From a virus (taxonomy: Duplodnaviria > Caudoviricetes), in the IMG/VR virus record IMGVR_UViG_3300025389_000011: 64,000 nt of DNA; one strand, 5' to 3'. Each line of letters begins with the position of its first letter. The stretch's first letter is position 1. The notes beneath the pieces were generated by a model. That model was not told the origin of the DNA and searched no databases. It saw only the letters and a program-made list of their open reading frames with translations. A program made the position numbers and the translations under genes. This document shows, piece after piece, positions 9,869 to 19,108 of the stretch.

Positions 9869-10213
9869 ATGAGACCTATATGTAAAACCTGCAACAAAAA
9901 CATGTGTGCTATTAATTATAAGCGCAACGGTATAACACATTACAGAAGTATATGTGATGAATGCGGCAGAAAGAAAAATAAATTAAAGCCTAGAAAATCT
10001 AGTTGGGCTACTAATGGTTACAAGAAAAAAACCACATGTGATTTATGTGGCTTTAAAAGTTTATACCCTAGTCAAATAACCGTGTTTCATATCGATGGTA
10101 GATTAGAAAACACATTGCAAACTAATTTACGCAGTATATGTTTAAACTGCGTAGAAGTAGTTAAGAAAAAAGAAGTTAATTGGAAACGGGGAGACCTTGA
10201 GATTGGCTATTGA
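9869..10213 (+). CDS. HNH-fold zinc-finger protein, apparently degenerate active site
   Basis: CxxC pairs and HIDG....N...NL...CLNC; exact TATAAATA at 9857-9864. Confidence 0.7.
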   Translation: MRPICKTCNKNMCAINYKRNGITHYRSICDECGRKKNKLKPRKSSWATNGYKKKTTCDLCGFKSLYPSQITVFHIDGRLENTLQTNLRSICLNCVEVVKKKEVNWKRGDLEIGY

Positions 10214-10835
10214 TAATACTTTGTATAGTATTATGTAAGTCATCAATGGTTCCGTTATTGTCTACATAATAGTCGTAGTTAATACCAATGCTTGAATATT
10301 CACTGGCATGTACTTTGTGTTCGTCAAGTACGTGCTTACTTGTGGCCCAATATATATTTCTATCTGGTCCTTTATTAAATTGAACTGCCGCATCGTACCA
10401 CTCAGGATTTTCTCCTCGTATTACTCTGATAGTTATTCCACCCGTGTTTTTAATAGCATTGACTTCATTGATAAATCTACAGTCGGTGATTACAACATCA
10501 TCTTTGGCGTTTAACAATTTATGTTCTAAACTAGCTACCCAAATGTCTTCATGAAAGCCTTTACGGCAAACTTCAGTACCCCAATATTGTAATACCCATC
10601 TAGGAGTGATTGTCATGTCCAAACGGTTACTCCACCATTCGTCTTTTTGTTCTCTCCACTCTCTGCTTGTTTTTGTTGTGCCTTCTAGCATCTCACGGTC
10701 CCATCCAAAGACATTTGCTACTGCATCTTTGAGACTTGCCGCAAAACTAATACGCTTAAAGCCATGATATGTTGTAAGATAGTCAGCAATCGTATCTTTG
10801 CCACTACCGATAAGTCCAGTAATACCTATAATCAT
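10176..10835 (-). CDS. Deoxynucleoside monophosphate kinase (T4 gp1-like)
   Basis: IIGITGLIGSGKDT P-loop, SFAASLKD, R..LQ.WGTE, VITDCRF.NE. Confidence 0.9.
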   Translation of the reverse strand: MIIGITGLIGSGKDTIADYLTTYHGFKRISFAASLKDAVANVFGWDREMLEGTTKTSREWREQKDEWWSNRLDMTITPRWVLQYWGTEVCRKGFHEDIWVASLEHKLLNAKDDVVITDCRFINEVNAIKNTGGITIRVIRGENPEWYDAAVQFNKGPDRNIYWATSKHVLDEHKVHASEYSSIGINYDYYVDNNGTIDDLHNTIQSIINSQSQGLPVSN

Positions 10836-10894
10836 AAAACACCCCCGTAGTACTTATTATATTACAAAGATGTTGCAATGAAAATACTTTTAGG

Positions 10895-11692
10895 TTAACC
10901 TTGTATCCAAGTTAATGGTTGTGAATAATCAACATAACGTTTCAATTCATCGAGTAAGAATTCTACAGCGGCTTTACCTTCAGCCTTCATTGCCGCACCA
11001 TTCAAACTTGTACCGCCACCTGGACCTGCAATTGTACCAAACTTCTCACGTGCTTCACCAATAATCAATTTAAGTTGCGCTAAAATAAAGTCACCAATCC
11101 ACACGCCTGAGCCAGGGTCTTGTAACAATACTTCTTCTGGTTTTTGTACATCGGCCCAAATTAAAATTTGTTCGCCAGAACCTTTAAAGTCACGAACAAC
11201 ACGCAACACTTTGGTTACTGGATTCCATGTATAAGTTACATATCCTCCGAACATACGTGCTGCCAATTTAACATATCCTGCATAAAAATCGTATGTTGCC
11301 ATACCACCTGCATAGTTATAATTCAATAGGTATGTGTTTAGAATAGCACTACTGAAAGGGTCAAATGATGTTGCCCCTGGACCTGTTTCTAAACCAATCG
11401 TTCTACGAAAAATATTTCTAATATTAATAAACTCTTGTGGTAATGTGTAGGTGTCCACATTTTTTTCCACCGTCATTAATGTGTATGATTCTTCTGTAGC
11501 GTTTTGTGCTTTTTGACGATATACTTTAATAGCATAATTATATGCGGCTTCATAGTGTTCTGGATCCAACTCTAAGTCTATAATACCTTGACCTAAACGA
11601 TATGATACATTATTGAATAATGCTTGTTTTAACTCGTCTAGTGTTAGACCAGTAGGCGTTGAAAGAGGGTTAGCTGTTGGGTATGTTGACAT
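10895..11692 (-). CDS. gp13: Neck protein (gp13-like)
   Basis: LG...IDLELD.EH, WI.DF.LA..K.IIG..R.KF..I.GPGG..SLNG. Confidence 0.8.
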   Translation of the reverse strand: MSTYPTANPLSTPTGLTLDELKQALFNNVSYRLGQGIIDLELDPEHYEAAYNYAIKVYRQKAQNATEESYTLMTVEKNVDTYTLPQEFINIRNIFRRTIGLETGPGATSFDPFSSAILNTYLLNYNYAGGMATYDFYAGYVKLAARMFGGYVTYTWNPVTKVLRVVRDFKGSGEQILIWADVQKPEEVLLQDPGSGVWIGDFILAQLKLIIGEAREKFGTIAGPGGGTSLNGAAMKAEGKAAVEFLLDELKRYVDYSQPLTWIQG

Positions 11693-11733
11693 ATATGTTT
11701 CCTGATATTGTATTTATCAAGAAACATATTGAT

Positions 11734-12147
11734 TTATAAATCGCCGTCTTTACGATTTTCACTATAAAATGCATCAAATGAACCGCCGGGATAACGGCTT
11801 TCAAGTTTGCGTACATTCTCAGCAATAACTTCATTAGGGTCAAGATTTAATGCACGACAAGCATTAATCCAATACCACATGATATCACCCAATTCACGTT
11901 TCATATGAAATACATTTTCATCAGTAAGAGGTTTACCTTGAAAAAAGATTTTTTTGGGCACTTCTATAAATTCACCGCTCTCAGCCGCTAATCCAAGACA
12001 TGCAGTTAACAATAGCGGTACATTGATATCAGGACCACCATCATTACCATCAACTTCATCTAGTCGATTCATGAAAGTAGTTAACTCATTGCTAGGCTGA
12101 CTGGTTACTGCTTTTACAAATTCACTATACTTATTCAAATCTATCAT
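11734..12147 (-). CDS. mazG: MazG-like nucleotide pyrophosphohydrolase
   Basis: GLAAESGEF.E..KK, ELGDIMWY, N..KLE.RYP. Confidence 0.85.
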   Translation of the reverse strand: MIDLNKYSEFVKAVTSQPSNELTTFMNRLDEVDGNDGGPDINVPLLLTACLGLAAESGEFIEVPKKIFFQGKPLTDENVFHMKRELGDIMWYWINACRALNLDPNEVIAENVRKLESRYPGGSFDAFYSENRKDGDL

Positions 12148-12326
12148 TCTAATTCCCTAAACATTTGTTTTCTACTTTCCTCACCTATTGTTGCATCAAA
12201 CAATTCTTTAGTACGTTGCAACATAGCACAGGCAAGCATTAATAATTCGTCCCTATCGTCAGTTAATGATATTGAATTATCAATCAATATCATCATTTCT
12301 GCCATTCGTTTTTGTATATCTGTCAT
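12144..12326 (-). CDS. Hypothetical protein (60 aa)
   Basis: ORF with ATGA-type overlaps on both sides. Confidence 0.65.
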   Translation of the reverse strand: MTDIQKRMAEMMILIDNSISLTDDRDELLMLACAMLQRTKELFDATIGEESRKQMFRELE

Positions 12327-13468
12327 TAGAATGCTTTCAAAATAATCATGTTCTCGTTAAAACGACCATTGGGTACTGCACCAACTGCCTTAATTGATTT
12401 AAAATACTTACGTGCCGCAGGTTTGCTTCCCATAACTTCTTTGATTTGCTCACCGGGCTTACGTAGTGTTTTCATTTCACTATTTGTAGTATCAAATCCA
12501 ATCAATGTGTTGCCCTTTACTTGGAATTCTTTTGTATACTCGTCAGCGATATAGTGATGCAACTTACGCTTTGCAGTATCATATACCCATGCCTCAGTTG
12601 CATGATGCAACTTAGTTGGATGGATACTTGTTAAGTCTAATTCTGCATCCTTAAATGCTTTTAAGTATTTTAACTTAGCAACAATCTTTTCAACAGGTAT
12701 TGCTTTACGTTTGCGAGGTGCTTTATTGGCTTTCTTAATACTAACATAACTATTTAGGTCACTTAGTACTTGTTCAATAAACTTAAGCATATTACGCAAT
12801 TGAATTTTACCTAAGTTACCATAGGCACCTTTCAACTCACTATCTATGGTTTCTGTTAATTCTTCATATTGCTTTTGTTTTTGTTTCCAAACGTCAACGA
12901 TAAGTGAAATATGTTGAGGCATTACATTATAACCTGCAACGATGTCAACTACTTTTGATGTTGTTTTACCTGTTGTAAAATATTCGTCAAACATGCCTTC
13001 AAGTTCACCGGCAGCCTCGCTAGCCTTCTCACGCATGATTTCTTGAATGTTAGGACGATTGGATACTACTACTTCTTTTTCTACAACTTCAGGCTTGTTG
13101 ATAACTGACAACAATCGTGAAATATCATTTTGAAGTACTGTATTTTCATGTTCATTTAACTGCAATCCACGTAATGTCATACGTGCTAACCAACATGTGG
13201 TCATTGAAAATTCTTTGTCCTCTATCTTACGAATAAATTTGGCATCGGCTACACGTTCATTGTGGTCTAGGTATTGAGCCAATAGTTCTTTTGCATCTTT
13301 TTTACCATAGAAACGATTGTACCAGGTAAATCCTTGTGTAAGTGCAACGTTTCTTTCTCCCCCTTCAAGCTGGATAGGAAAGAAGGGTTCATCTCCCATG
13401 TATTTTGTATCCGCATCTTTTGGGTTAAGTGCTTTGACAAAATGGTCATCTGTTTGTTTGCGAGCCAT
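12326..13468 (-). CDS. Hypothetical basic protein (380 aa), early-promoter driven
   Basis: ORF track; SD GGAG; sigma70 promoter at 13499-13527. Confidence 0.75.
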   Translation of the reverse strand: MARKQTDDHFVKALNPKDADTKYMGDEPFFPIQLEGGERNVALTQGFTWYNRFYGKKDAKELLAQYLDHNERVADAKFIRKIEDKEFSMTTCWLARMTLRGLQLNEHENTVLQNDISRLLSVINKPEVVEKEVVVSNRPNIQEIMREKASEAAGELEGMFDEYFTTGKTTSKVVDIVAGYNVMPQHISLIVDVWKQKQKQYEELTETIDSELKGAYGNLGKIQLRNMLKFIEQVLSDLNSYVSIKKANKAPRKRKAIPVEKIVAKLKYLKAFKDAELDLTSIHPTKLHHATEAWVYDTAKRKLHHYIADEYTKEFQVKGNTLIGFDTTNSEMKTLRKPGEQIKEVMGSKPAARKYFKSIKAVGAVPNGRFNENMIILKAF

Positions 13469-13498
13469 AAATTACTCCAAAATAGTCATTGAATACGT

Positions 13499-13527
13499 AT
13501 TGTAACATAGCTTTTATCTATTGTCAA
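13499..13527 (-). promoter_or_regulatory. sigma70-type early promoter
   Basis: TTGACA-17-TACAAT. Confidence 0.75.
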
Positions 13528-13577
13528 GTTTTTGGTACAAAGGTATTAGCGATAAATAGATAATAAAGTGAGTAAAT

Positions 13578-15278
13578 ATGCCTAAACTATCGCTTTGGCG
13601 CCCGAATAAAACGAATGATTATAACTTTTTTGATAGAACTATATCAGAAATGTTTACCGTCGGGGCCACAGACCTATACGTACATAAATATTTAGGGCCA
13701 ACTAATCAGGGCCCTTCAACAGATTATACACAGCCTGATTATGCCGTGCAAAGTCCTACAAATATTCAAGATTTATTATTCTTAGAAAACAGGGATAGAG
13801 CATATGATACAAACATTTATAGATTACGTGGTCATTATACCGTACAAAATTTAGATTTTGATTTAAGTCAATTTGGATTATTTTTAAACAATGACATTAT
13901 ATTCGTTACTGTTCATTATAATGATATGATTGGTTTAGTAGGAAGAAAATTAATGGTAGGTGATGTTATTGAATTACCTCACTTAATAGATTATAATCCA
14001 TTGGACGAAACAATACAATATGCGTTGAAAAGATTTATGCAGGTTACTGATGCTAACTATGCAAGTGAAGGCTTTAGTCCAACATGGTTCCCGCATTTAT
14101 GGCGTATTAAATTAGAACCATTAACTGATAGTGAAGAATTTAGTCAGATATTAAGTCAGCCTAATAACTTAGACACTTATCTTGGTGTGTGGGATAATAC
14201 AAAAACATATCCCGCCGGATATGTAATCACATATGGTGATAAAAATTATGTCTCAACTCAGGCTGTGCCGGCTGGCGTTAGTCCACCTGATCCTAATTAT
14301 TGGCAATTGGATACAAATAGTGACTTGAAAGATGTCCTTGCAACATATAATAAAAATATCAAAATCAATGATGCGGCACTTGCAGAGGCAGAACGTCTTG
14401 TACCCGCATCTGGGTATGATGCAACTAATTTATTCATTGTTCCAACATACGGTGAATATGAAAGTAATAATGTACCTTCTAATAAAATTAATCAGCCGGC
14501 TCCACCGACAGCAGTAGTTGTCCCTAACACTGGTTCTATACAAATTGTTACACCGCCTGGATATGCAGATGCTCCTGTAGTTAGAATTTCTAAATCAACG
14601 TTAAAAAAATTACAAGATAGTAGTCCAAGTAACTTTGAAAAGTTAGATTTTTTTAATACGTTAAACATAGAAAAGGTAACACTAGACCCGGTTAAATCTG
14701 AAAGCGGTAATGGATCTGGTTTTGTAAGTGGACCACAGATATTATTAGTGTCATCAATGGGCACAATAAAAGGCCCATATGGTACAGCAGATAATACCTA
14801 TGCAACTGCTGACCAAAATCCAGAAGCACCTAATTTTACTGGAACAGAACCATATGGTCCAAATACAATGGATTATCGTGCAGATTGCGACCCTTCATTT
14901 GCATACATAGCACGTAGTACTCCTCGTACCTTTGGTTACTCAACAGGTTATATGACCGGAGACGGTACTTCTCCAAACGGAATACCAACTGGTGCAGGTA
15001 TAAGTTTCCCGCAAAACCCGCAAGTAGGAGATTATTTCTTACGTATTGACTATTTACCTCAGTTGCTATATCGTTGGGACGGTAGAGTATGGGTTCGCAT
15101 ATCAGCCAATGTACGAACACAAACAGGGTTTGCTGATAGTGCTAACCAATCACAATTGTCAGGATTTATCAACAATTCAAACGTTACTGTTCTTTCAAAT
15201 GGCACTACAATACCGCAATCACAACCACTTTCAAGTATATTAACACTATCACCAGATGTGATACCACCGGGAACTTAA
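13578..15278 (+). CDS. Neck protein gp14-like with C-terminal extension
   Basis: DLLFLENRDR.YD, QNLDFDLSQFGLFL.ND, VGDVIELP motifs; precedes gp15-like gene. Confidence 0.7.
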   Translation: MPKLSLWRPNKTNDYNFFDRTISEMFTVGATDLYVHKYLGPTNQGPSTDYTQPDYAVQSPTNIQDLLFLENRDRAYDTNIYRLRGHYTVQNLDFDLSQFGLFLNNDIIFVTVHYNDMIGLVGRKLMVGDVIELPHLIDYNPLDETIQYALKRFMQVTDANYASEGFSPTWFPHLWRIKLEPLTDSEEFSQILSQPNNLDTYLGVWDNTKTYPAGYVITYGDKNYVSTQAVPAGVSPPDPNYWQLDTNSDLKDVLATYNKNIKINDAALAEAERLVPASGYDATNLFIVPTYGEYESNNVPSNKINQPAPPTAVVVPNTGSIQIVTPPGYADAPVVRISKSTLKKLQDSSPSNFEKLDFFNTLNIEKVTLDPVKSESGNGSGFVSGPQILLVSSMGTIKGPYGTADNTYATADQNPEAPNFTGTEPYGPNTMDYRADCDPSFAYIARSTPRTFGYSTGYMTGDGTSPNGIPTGAGISFPQNPQVGDYFLRIDYLPQLLYRWDGRVWVRISANVRTQTGFADSANQSQLSGFINNSNVTVLSNGTTIPQSQPLSSILTLSPDVIPPGT

Positions 15279-15281
15279 TAC

Positions 15282-16652
15282 ATGGCACAATTTTTTTATG
15301 ACAATCAAATACGCAGATTTTTAATTCAATTTGCAAAAATATTTAGTAACTGGTATGTAACTAAAGGTAATGATCCAGCAGGTAATCCAATATTAGTTCG
15401 TGTACCTATCATGTACGGTGATAGCAGTAGACAAGCGGCTACTATTATTGCTAACAATAGCGCAAGTAATTTACCAAGTGCACCTTTAATAACATACTAT
15501 ATAAGTGGTTTAGAGTACAATCAAAAATGGACTCAAGATCCTACTTATGTAGATAATATACAAGTACGTCAACGTAGTTATAACCCAGAAACTCAACAAT
15601 ATGAACCTGTACAGGGTCAAGCATTTACTATAGAACGATTAATGCCTGTACCTTATACATTACGAATTAGTGTAGATTTTTGGACTACTAATTATAATCA
15701 GAAACTAGAAATTATTGAGCAGTTAGGAACATTATTCAATCCGGCATTAGAAATACAAAGTACTGATAACTTTGTTGATTGGACGAGTTTAAGTGCGGTG
15801 TTTCAAGATGGGCTAACTTTTACTAGTCGTAGTATACCAGTAGGTAGTGGTAATCCAATTGATGTCATGACATGGAAATTTTACATGCCCATATGGTTAA
15901 GTACAGCAAGTAAACTGAAGAAGATGGGTGTTATTGAAAAAATTATTGCAAGTATTTTTGCCGGTAATGCATTATCTGATATACAAGATAATGATTTATT
16001 ATTAGGCACACGACAAAAAATTACCCCATATGGTTATAAGTTATTGTTATTGGGAAATCAATTACAGATATTACCTGCAGATGAAGCATTTTATCCAAGC
16101 AATGTTGATTTAGATTTGCCTCCAAGTCCTGCAACAGATATTTATTGGACCAGTGTATTAAATGTATACGGTGCTATAAGTCCTGGGATCAGTCAAATTT
16201 GGCTACAAAACCCTTATATAGACCATGACATTGTTGGTACTATTGTTCCAAACCCAACTGACGATAGATTTTTAATATACAATATTGACCCTGATACGTT
16301 ACCACAAAATACATTAGATCCCGTTAACGGTGTTATAAATCCACAAGTGACAGGTCCAAATGCTGGTTTGCCGGGACCTGTCAACGGTGTTCGATATTTA
16401 ATCGTTGAAAATATCGGTAATCCAGGAGATAGTACAGTATCTTGGGGAAATCTTGTAGCAAATGCCAATGATATTATTGAATTTGATAGTGGCACTATGC
16501 AATGGTTTGTAGCATTTGATAGTCAAAATGATACATCTGTGCAATATGTAACCAATTTATCTACACAAATTCAATATAGATATGTTGATGGAATTTGGAT
16601 GAAATCATATGAAGGTTGGTACGACCAAGGTGATTATTCTATAGTGATTTAA
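15282..16652 (+). CDS. gp15: Tail terminator / sheath stabiliser (gp15-like)
   Basis: FFYD.QIRRFL.QF..IF, RVPI.YG, PVPY.L..., QKLEI.EQ...LFNP. Confidence 0.8.
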   Translation: MAQFFYDNQIRRFLIQFAKIFSNWYVTKGNDPAGNPILVRVPIMYGDSSRQAATIIANNSASNLPSAPLITYYISGLEYNQKWTQDPTYVDNIQVRQRSYNPETQQYEPVQGQAFTIERLMPVPYTLRISVDFWTTNYNQKLEIIEQLGTLFNPALEIQSTDNFVDWTSLSAVFQDGLTFTSRSIPVGSGNPIDVMTWKFYMPIWLSTASKLKKMGVIEKIIASIFAGNALSDIQDNDLLLGTRQKITPYGYKLLLLGNQLQILPADEAFYPSNVDLDLPPSPATDIYWTSVLNVYGAISPGISQIWLQNPYIDHDIVGTIVPNPTDDRFLIYNIDPDTLPQNTLDPVNGVINPQVTGPNAGLPGPVNGVRYLIVENIGNPGDSTVSWGNLVANANDIIEFDSGTMQWFVAFDSQNDTSVQYVTNLSTQIQYRYVDGIWMKSYEGWYDQGDYSIVI

Positions 16653-16670
16653 TTTTTGATAAATTACTAT

Positions 16671-17087
16671 ATGAGTAACACATCCGCAGGCGTTTTCTTT
16701 TACAGCAAAAATACCAATCGTTATCTTTATATGCTTAGAACTGATTCCAAGAATCCAGGCAATTGGGGTATTCCAGGTGGAAAAATAGAAGACAATGAAA
16801 CATTACTTGAAGGCATTATAAGAGAATGTGAGGAAGAAGTTGGATATTTTCCACAAGATGGAAAATTAATCCCAATACAAAAATTTATTAACAACAGTTT
16901 TACATATCATACATTTTTCTGTGAAGTAGAAAATGAATTTGTTCCTATACTCAATGAAGAACATTGTGGCTACGCTTGGGTAGGGGAAAGTCAATATCCC
17001 AAACCATTACATCCCGGACTATTTAGTACTGTTAATTTTGATGTTGTACAAGAAAAACTAAACACACTAACAAAAAAGACTGCCTAA
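16671..17087 (+). CDS. NUDIX hydrolase (ATG 16671 preferred over TTG 16656)
   Basis: GG.IE..ET....IIRECEEEVG Nudix box. Confidence 0.9.
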   Translation: MSNTSAGVFFYSKNTNRYLYMLRTDSKNPGNWGIPGGKIEDNETLLEGIIRECEEEVGYFPQDGKLIPIQKFINNSFTYHTFFCEVENEFVPILNEEHCGYAWVGESQYPKPLHPGLFSTVNFDVVQEKLNTLTKKTA

Positions 17088-17099
17088 GCAGTCTTTTTT
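17072..17099. terminator. Bidirectional terminator between convergent genes
   Basis: AAAAAAGACTGC-CTAA-GCAGTCTTTTTT. Confidence 0.85.
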
Positions 17100-17421
17100 A
17101 TTTTAACAATTTACTAACTGTATCAAATCCCATTGAGCCTAATACAACACCTGCTCCCATAATCATCCAGCGCCATTTCTCTAAAGCAGAAACTTTGCTG
17201 GCTAATTTATCATGAGCCTGCATGTCTTCGTCACGCATGGTTTTCAACATGTTCCTTGTTTCCTCAGCATTATTTTCTATAGTCTGGTGCATAGCCCTCA
17301 AATCCTCTTTAATCTCACCGAATTTATCTTCGATGTTTTTAACTTGAACTTGAAGTACTGCTATATCAGTCTCAGCTTGTACTTTTAATGCTCTGGAACT
17401 ATTAACTGCCATTTTATGCAC
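17098..17421 (-). CDS. Coiled-coil protein with C-terminal hydrophobic segment (possibly holin/XhlA-like)
   Basis: Heptad-rich body and WRWMIMGAGVVLGSMG tail. Confidence 0.5.
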   Translation of the reverse strand: MHKMAVNSSRALKVQAETDIAVLQVQVKNIEDKFGEIKEDLRAMHQTIENNAEETRNMLKTMRDEDMQAHDKLASKVSALEKWRWMIMGAGVVLGSMGFDTVSKLLK

Positions 17422-18676
17422 TCGCTATCTGTACTAATGGATAAGGCATTGCGTTAGCTACGTTTGCATCTGCTTCACTATTAAATGTAGCATAAGCAGG
17501 AGCTGAATTGTTGATATTTGCTGTACCTGTTGCAACTACACCTGAGTTAGCAGTAAACAACTCAACAGTATGGTCAGATAAACTCTGAACAGCTTGAGTA
17601 GTACTATTAGCGTATGTAGCAATAATGTGCATTGTATTTGGTGTTAATGCTGTGTTAGCAAGATTTGCCAAATAACATTGTGCTGTTAAGCCAGTTACTG
17701 TACCTGTTACTAGATATTTTTGTTTGCCTTTTTGACGAACAATATAACCTGCTTCTGGTAGTGCACCTAATATTGGGTCTCCAAAACCATTGTAGCCTGC
17801 CGCATTAACTGCTGAGTTAGTAGCCAATAATGCTTGTTGTTGAATAGCATTAGCAGTTACGCTTGAGTTTGATGTCAATGCTACGTTTGGACCGCCAATT
17901 GTAGTTGATACTGTAAATGCAGCCGCATTAGGAACAGCATTAATAAAGTATGTACTACCTGCAGTTAATCCACCGAATGAAGTGTCAAATACAACAGGAG
18001 TACCTGTTTGTAGAGTTTGTGCATTACCTGAAGTACCGATAACATTACCAGTAGCACTTGAGTTAGCAACTGCAACTGTTCGGTTACCTATATTGTTTGA
18101 TACTGTACCTAATAGGTTTACACTATAATTGCCTGGAGTACCTTGATATGCATAAAGATGTGTACCATTTGCTACGGCAGCAAAATTAGTACCTAAACCA
18201 ACAACTAATGGACTATTATTACTTGCAAAAATTGTACCAGCTACGTTAGCACCAATAGCAATATTAGCTAAAACTTGTTTACCAACGATAGCTGTGTTAC
18301 CACCAACTACGCTATATGTGTTAGCATTAGTTGTTGGGAAGCCTGGACCACCATTTGGATTGTTGAAATATGCATCAACTACAGCAACAGATGCACTTAC
18401 TGTTTGACCTGATGTGTTTGTTAATGTTGGATATACACGAGGCTGTACGCTTAAGTTTGTTGAAGATACATTGAATGTCGTACTAGTTAATACTTGATTA
18501 ATGTAATATGTCGTATTAGCTGTCAATCCACCTACAGTAGATGCTGTTACGAACGGCATACCTGCAATGATACCTAATGTGTTTAAATTTTGTGATACTG
18601 TTACAACACCTGTTGTAGCTGTACCAGTGATTGTTAAGACTGCTTGAGCCTTAGCGATTTTTAGAGGACGTCCCAT
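17414..18676 (-). CDS. T/A/N/G-rich virion structural protein (420 aa)
   Basis: Beta-rich composition; GYIVRQKG..KYLV motif; late box and SD AAGGA. Confidence 0.7.
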   Translation of the reverse strand: MGRPLKIAKAQAVLTITGTATTGVVTVSQNLNTLGIIAGMPFVTASTVGGLTANTTYYINQVLTSTTFNVSSTNLSVQPRVYPTLTNTSGQTVSASVAVVDAYFNNPNGGPGFPTTNANTYSVVGGNTAIVGKQVLANIAIGANVAGTIFASNNSPLVVGLGTNFAAVANGTHLYAYQGTPGNYSVNLLGTVSNNIGNRTVAVANSSATGNVIGTSGNAQTLQTGTPVVFDTSFGGLTAGSTYFINAVPNAAAFTVSTTIGGPNVALTSNSSVTANAIQQQALLATNSAVNAAGYNGFGDPILGALPEAGYIVRQKGKQKYLVTGTVTGLTAQCYLANLANTALTPNTMHIIATYANSTTQAVQSLSDHTVELFTANSGVVATGTANINNSAPAYATFNSEADANVANAMPYPLVQIASA

Positions 18677-18795
18677 TTGATTTTCCTTTGTAATATTTGT
18701 GAGTTCCAGTCACTACGCAGTGGGTACTGCATAAATTCTCCCTATGAGAATGTACAAAGTATTTATCTATATTACGTAAAAATTGCTGTTTTGGA

Positions 18796-19083
18796 TTATT
18801 CTGTACCAGTAACTGCGTGTGGAGCACCAAGTGGTGTCACGCTGAACGCACCTGCTGTGCCAGCTACGTTGATAAAAGCAATATAATTACCTTGACCTAC
18901 GATAAAACTGCGCTCAACTGTGTTAGCTGGAATAATTTCGCTAGATGTAAGATTAGCTACAACACTTGAGTTACCGACTGATACCGCTATTGCCGATGTG
19001 GTTGTAGCGATACGAACTTTATCAGTTGTACTTGCTGATGTTAATTGACTTGAACCGTTAGCTGTATAAATTGTTGTTGCCAT
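18796..19083 (-). CDS. Small structural protein (95 aa)
   Basis: Late box ATAAATA and SD AGGA; T/S/A-rich. Confidence 0.65.
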   Translation of the reverse strand: MATTIYTANGSSQLTSASTTDKVRIATTTSAIAVSVGNSSVVANLTSSEIIPANTVERSFIVGQGNYIAFINVAGTAGAFSVTPLGAPHAVTGTE

Positions 19084-19108
19084 TTTTTATTCCTGTATTA
19101 TATTTATC

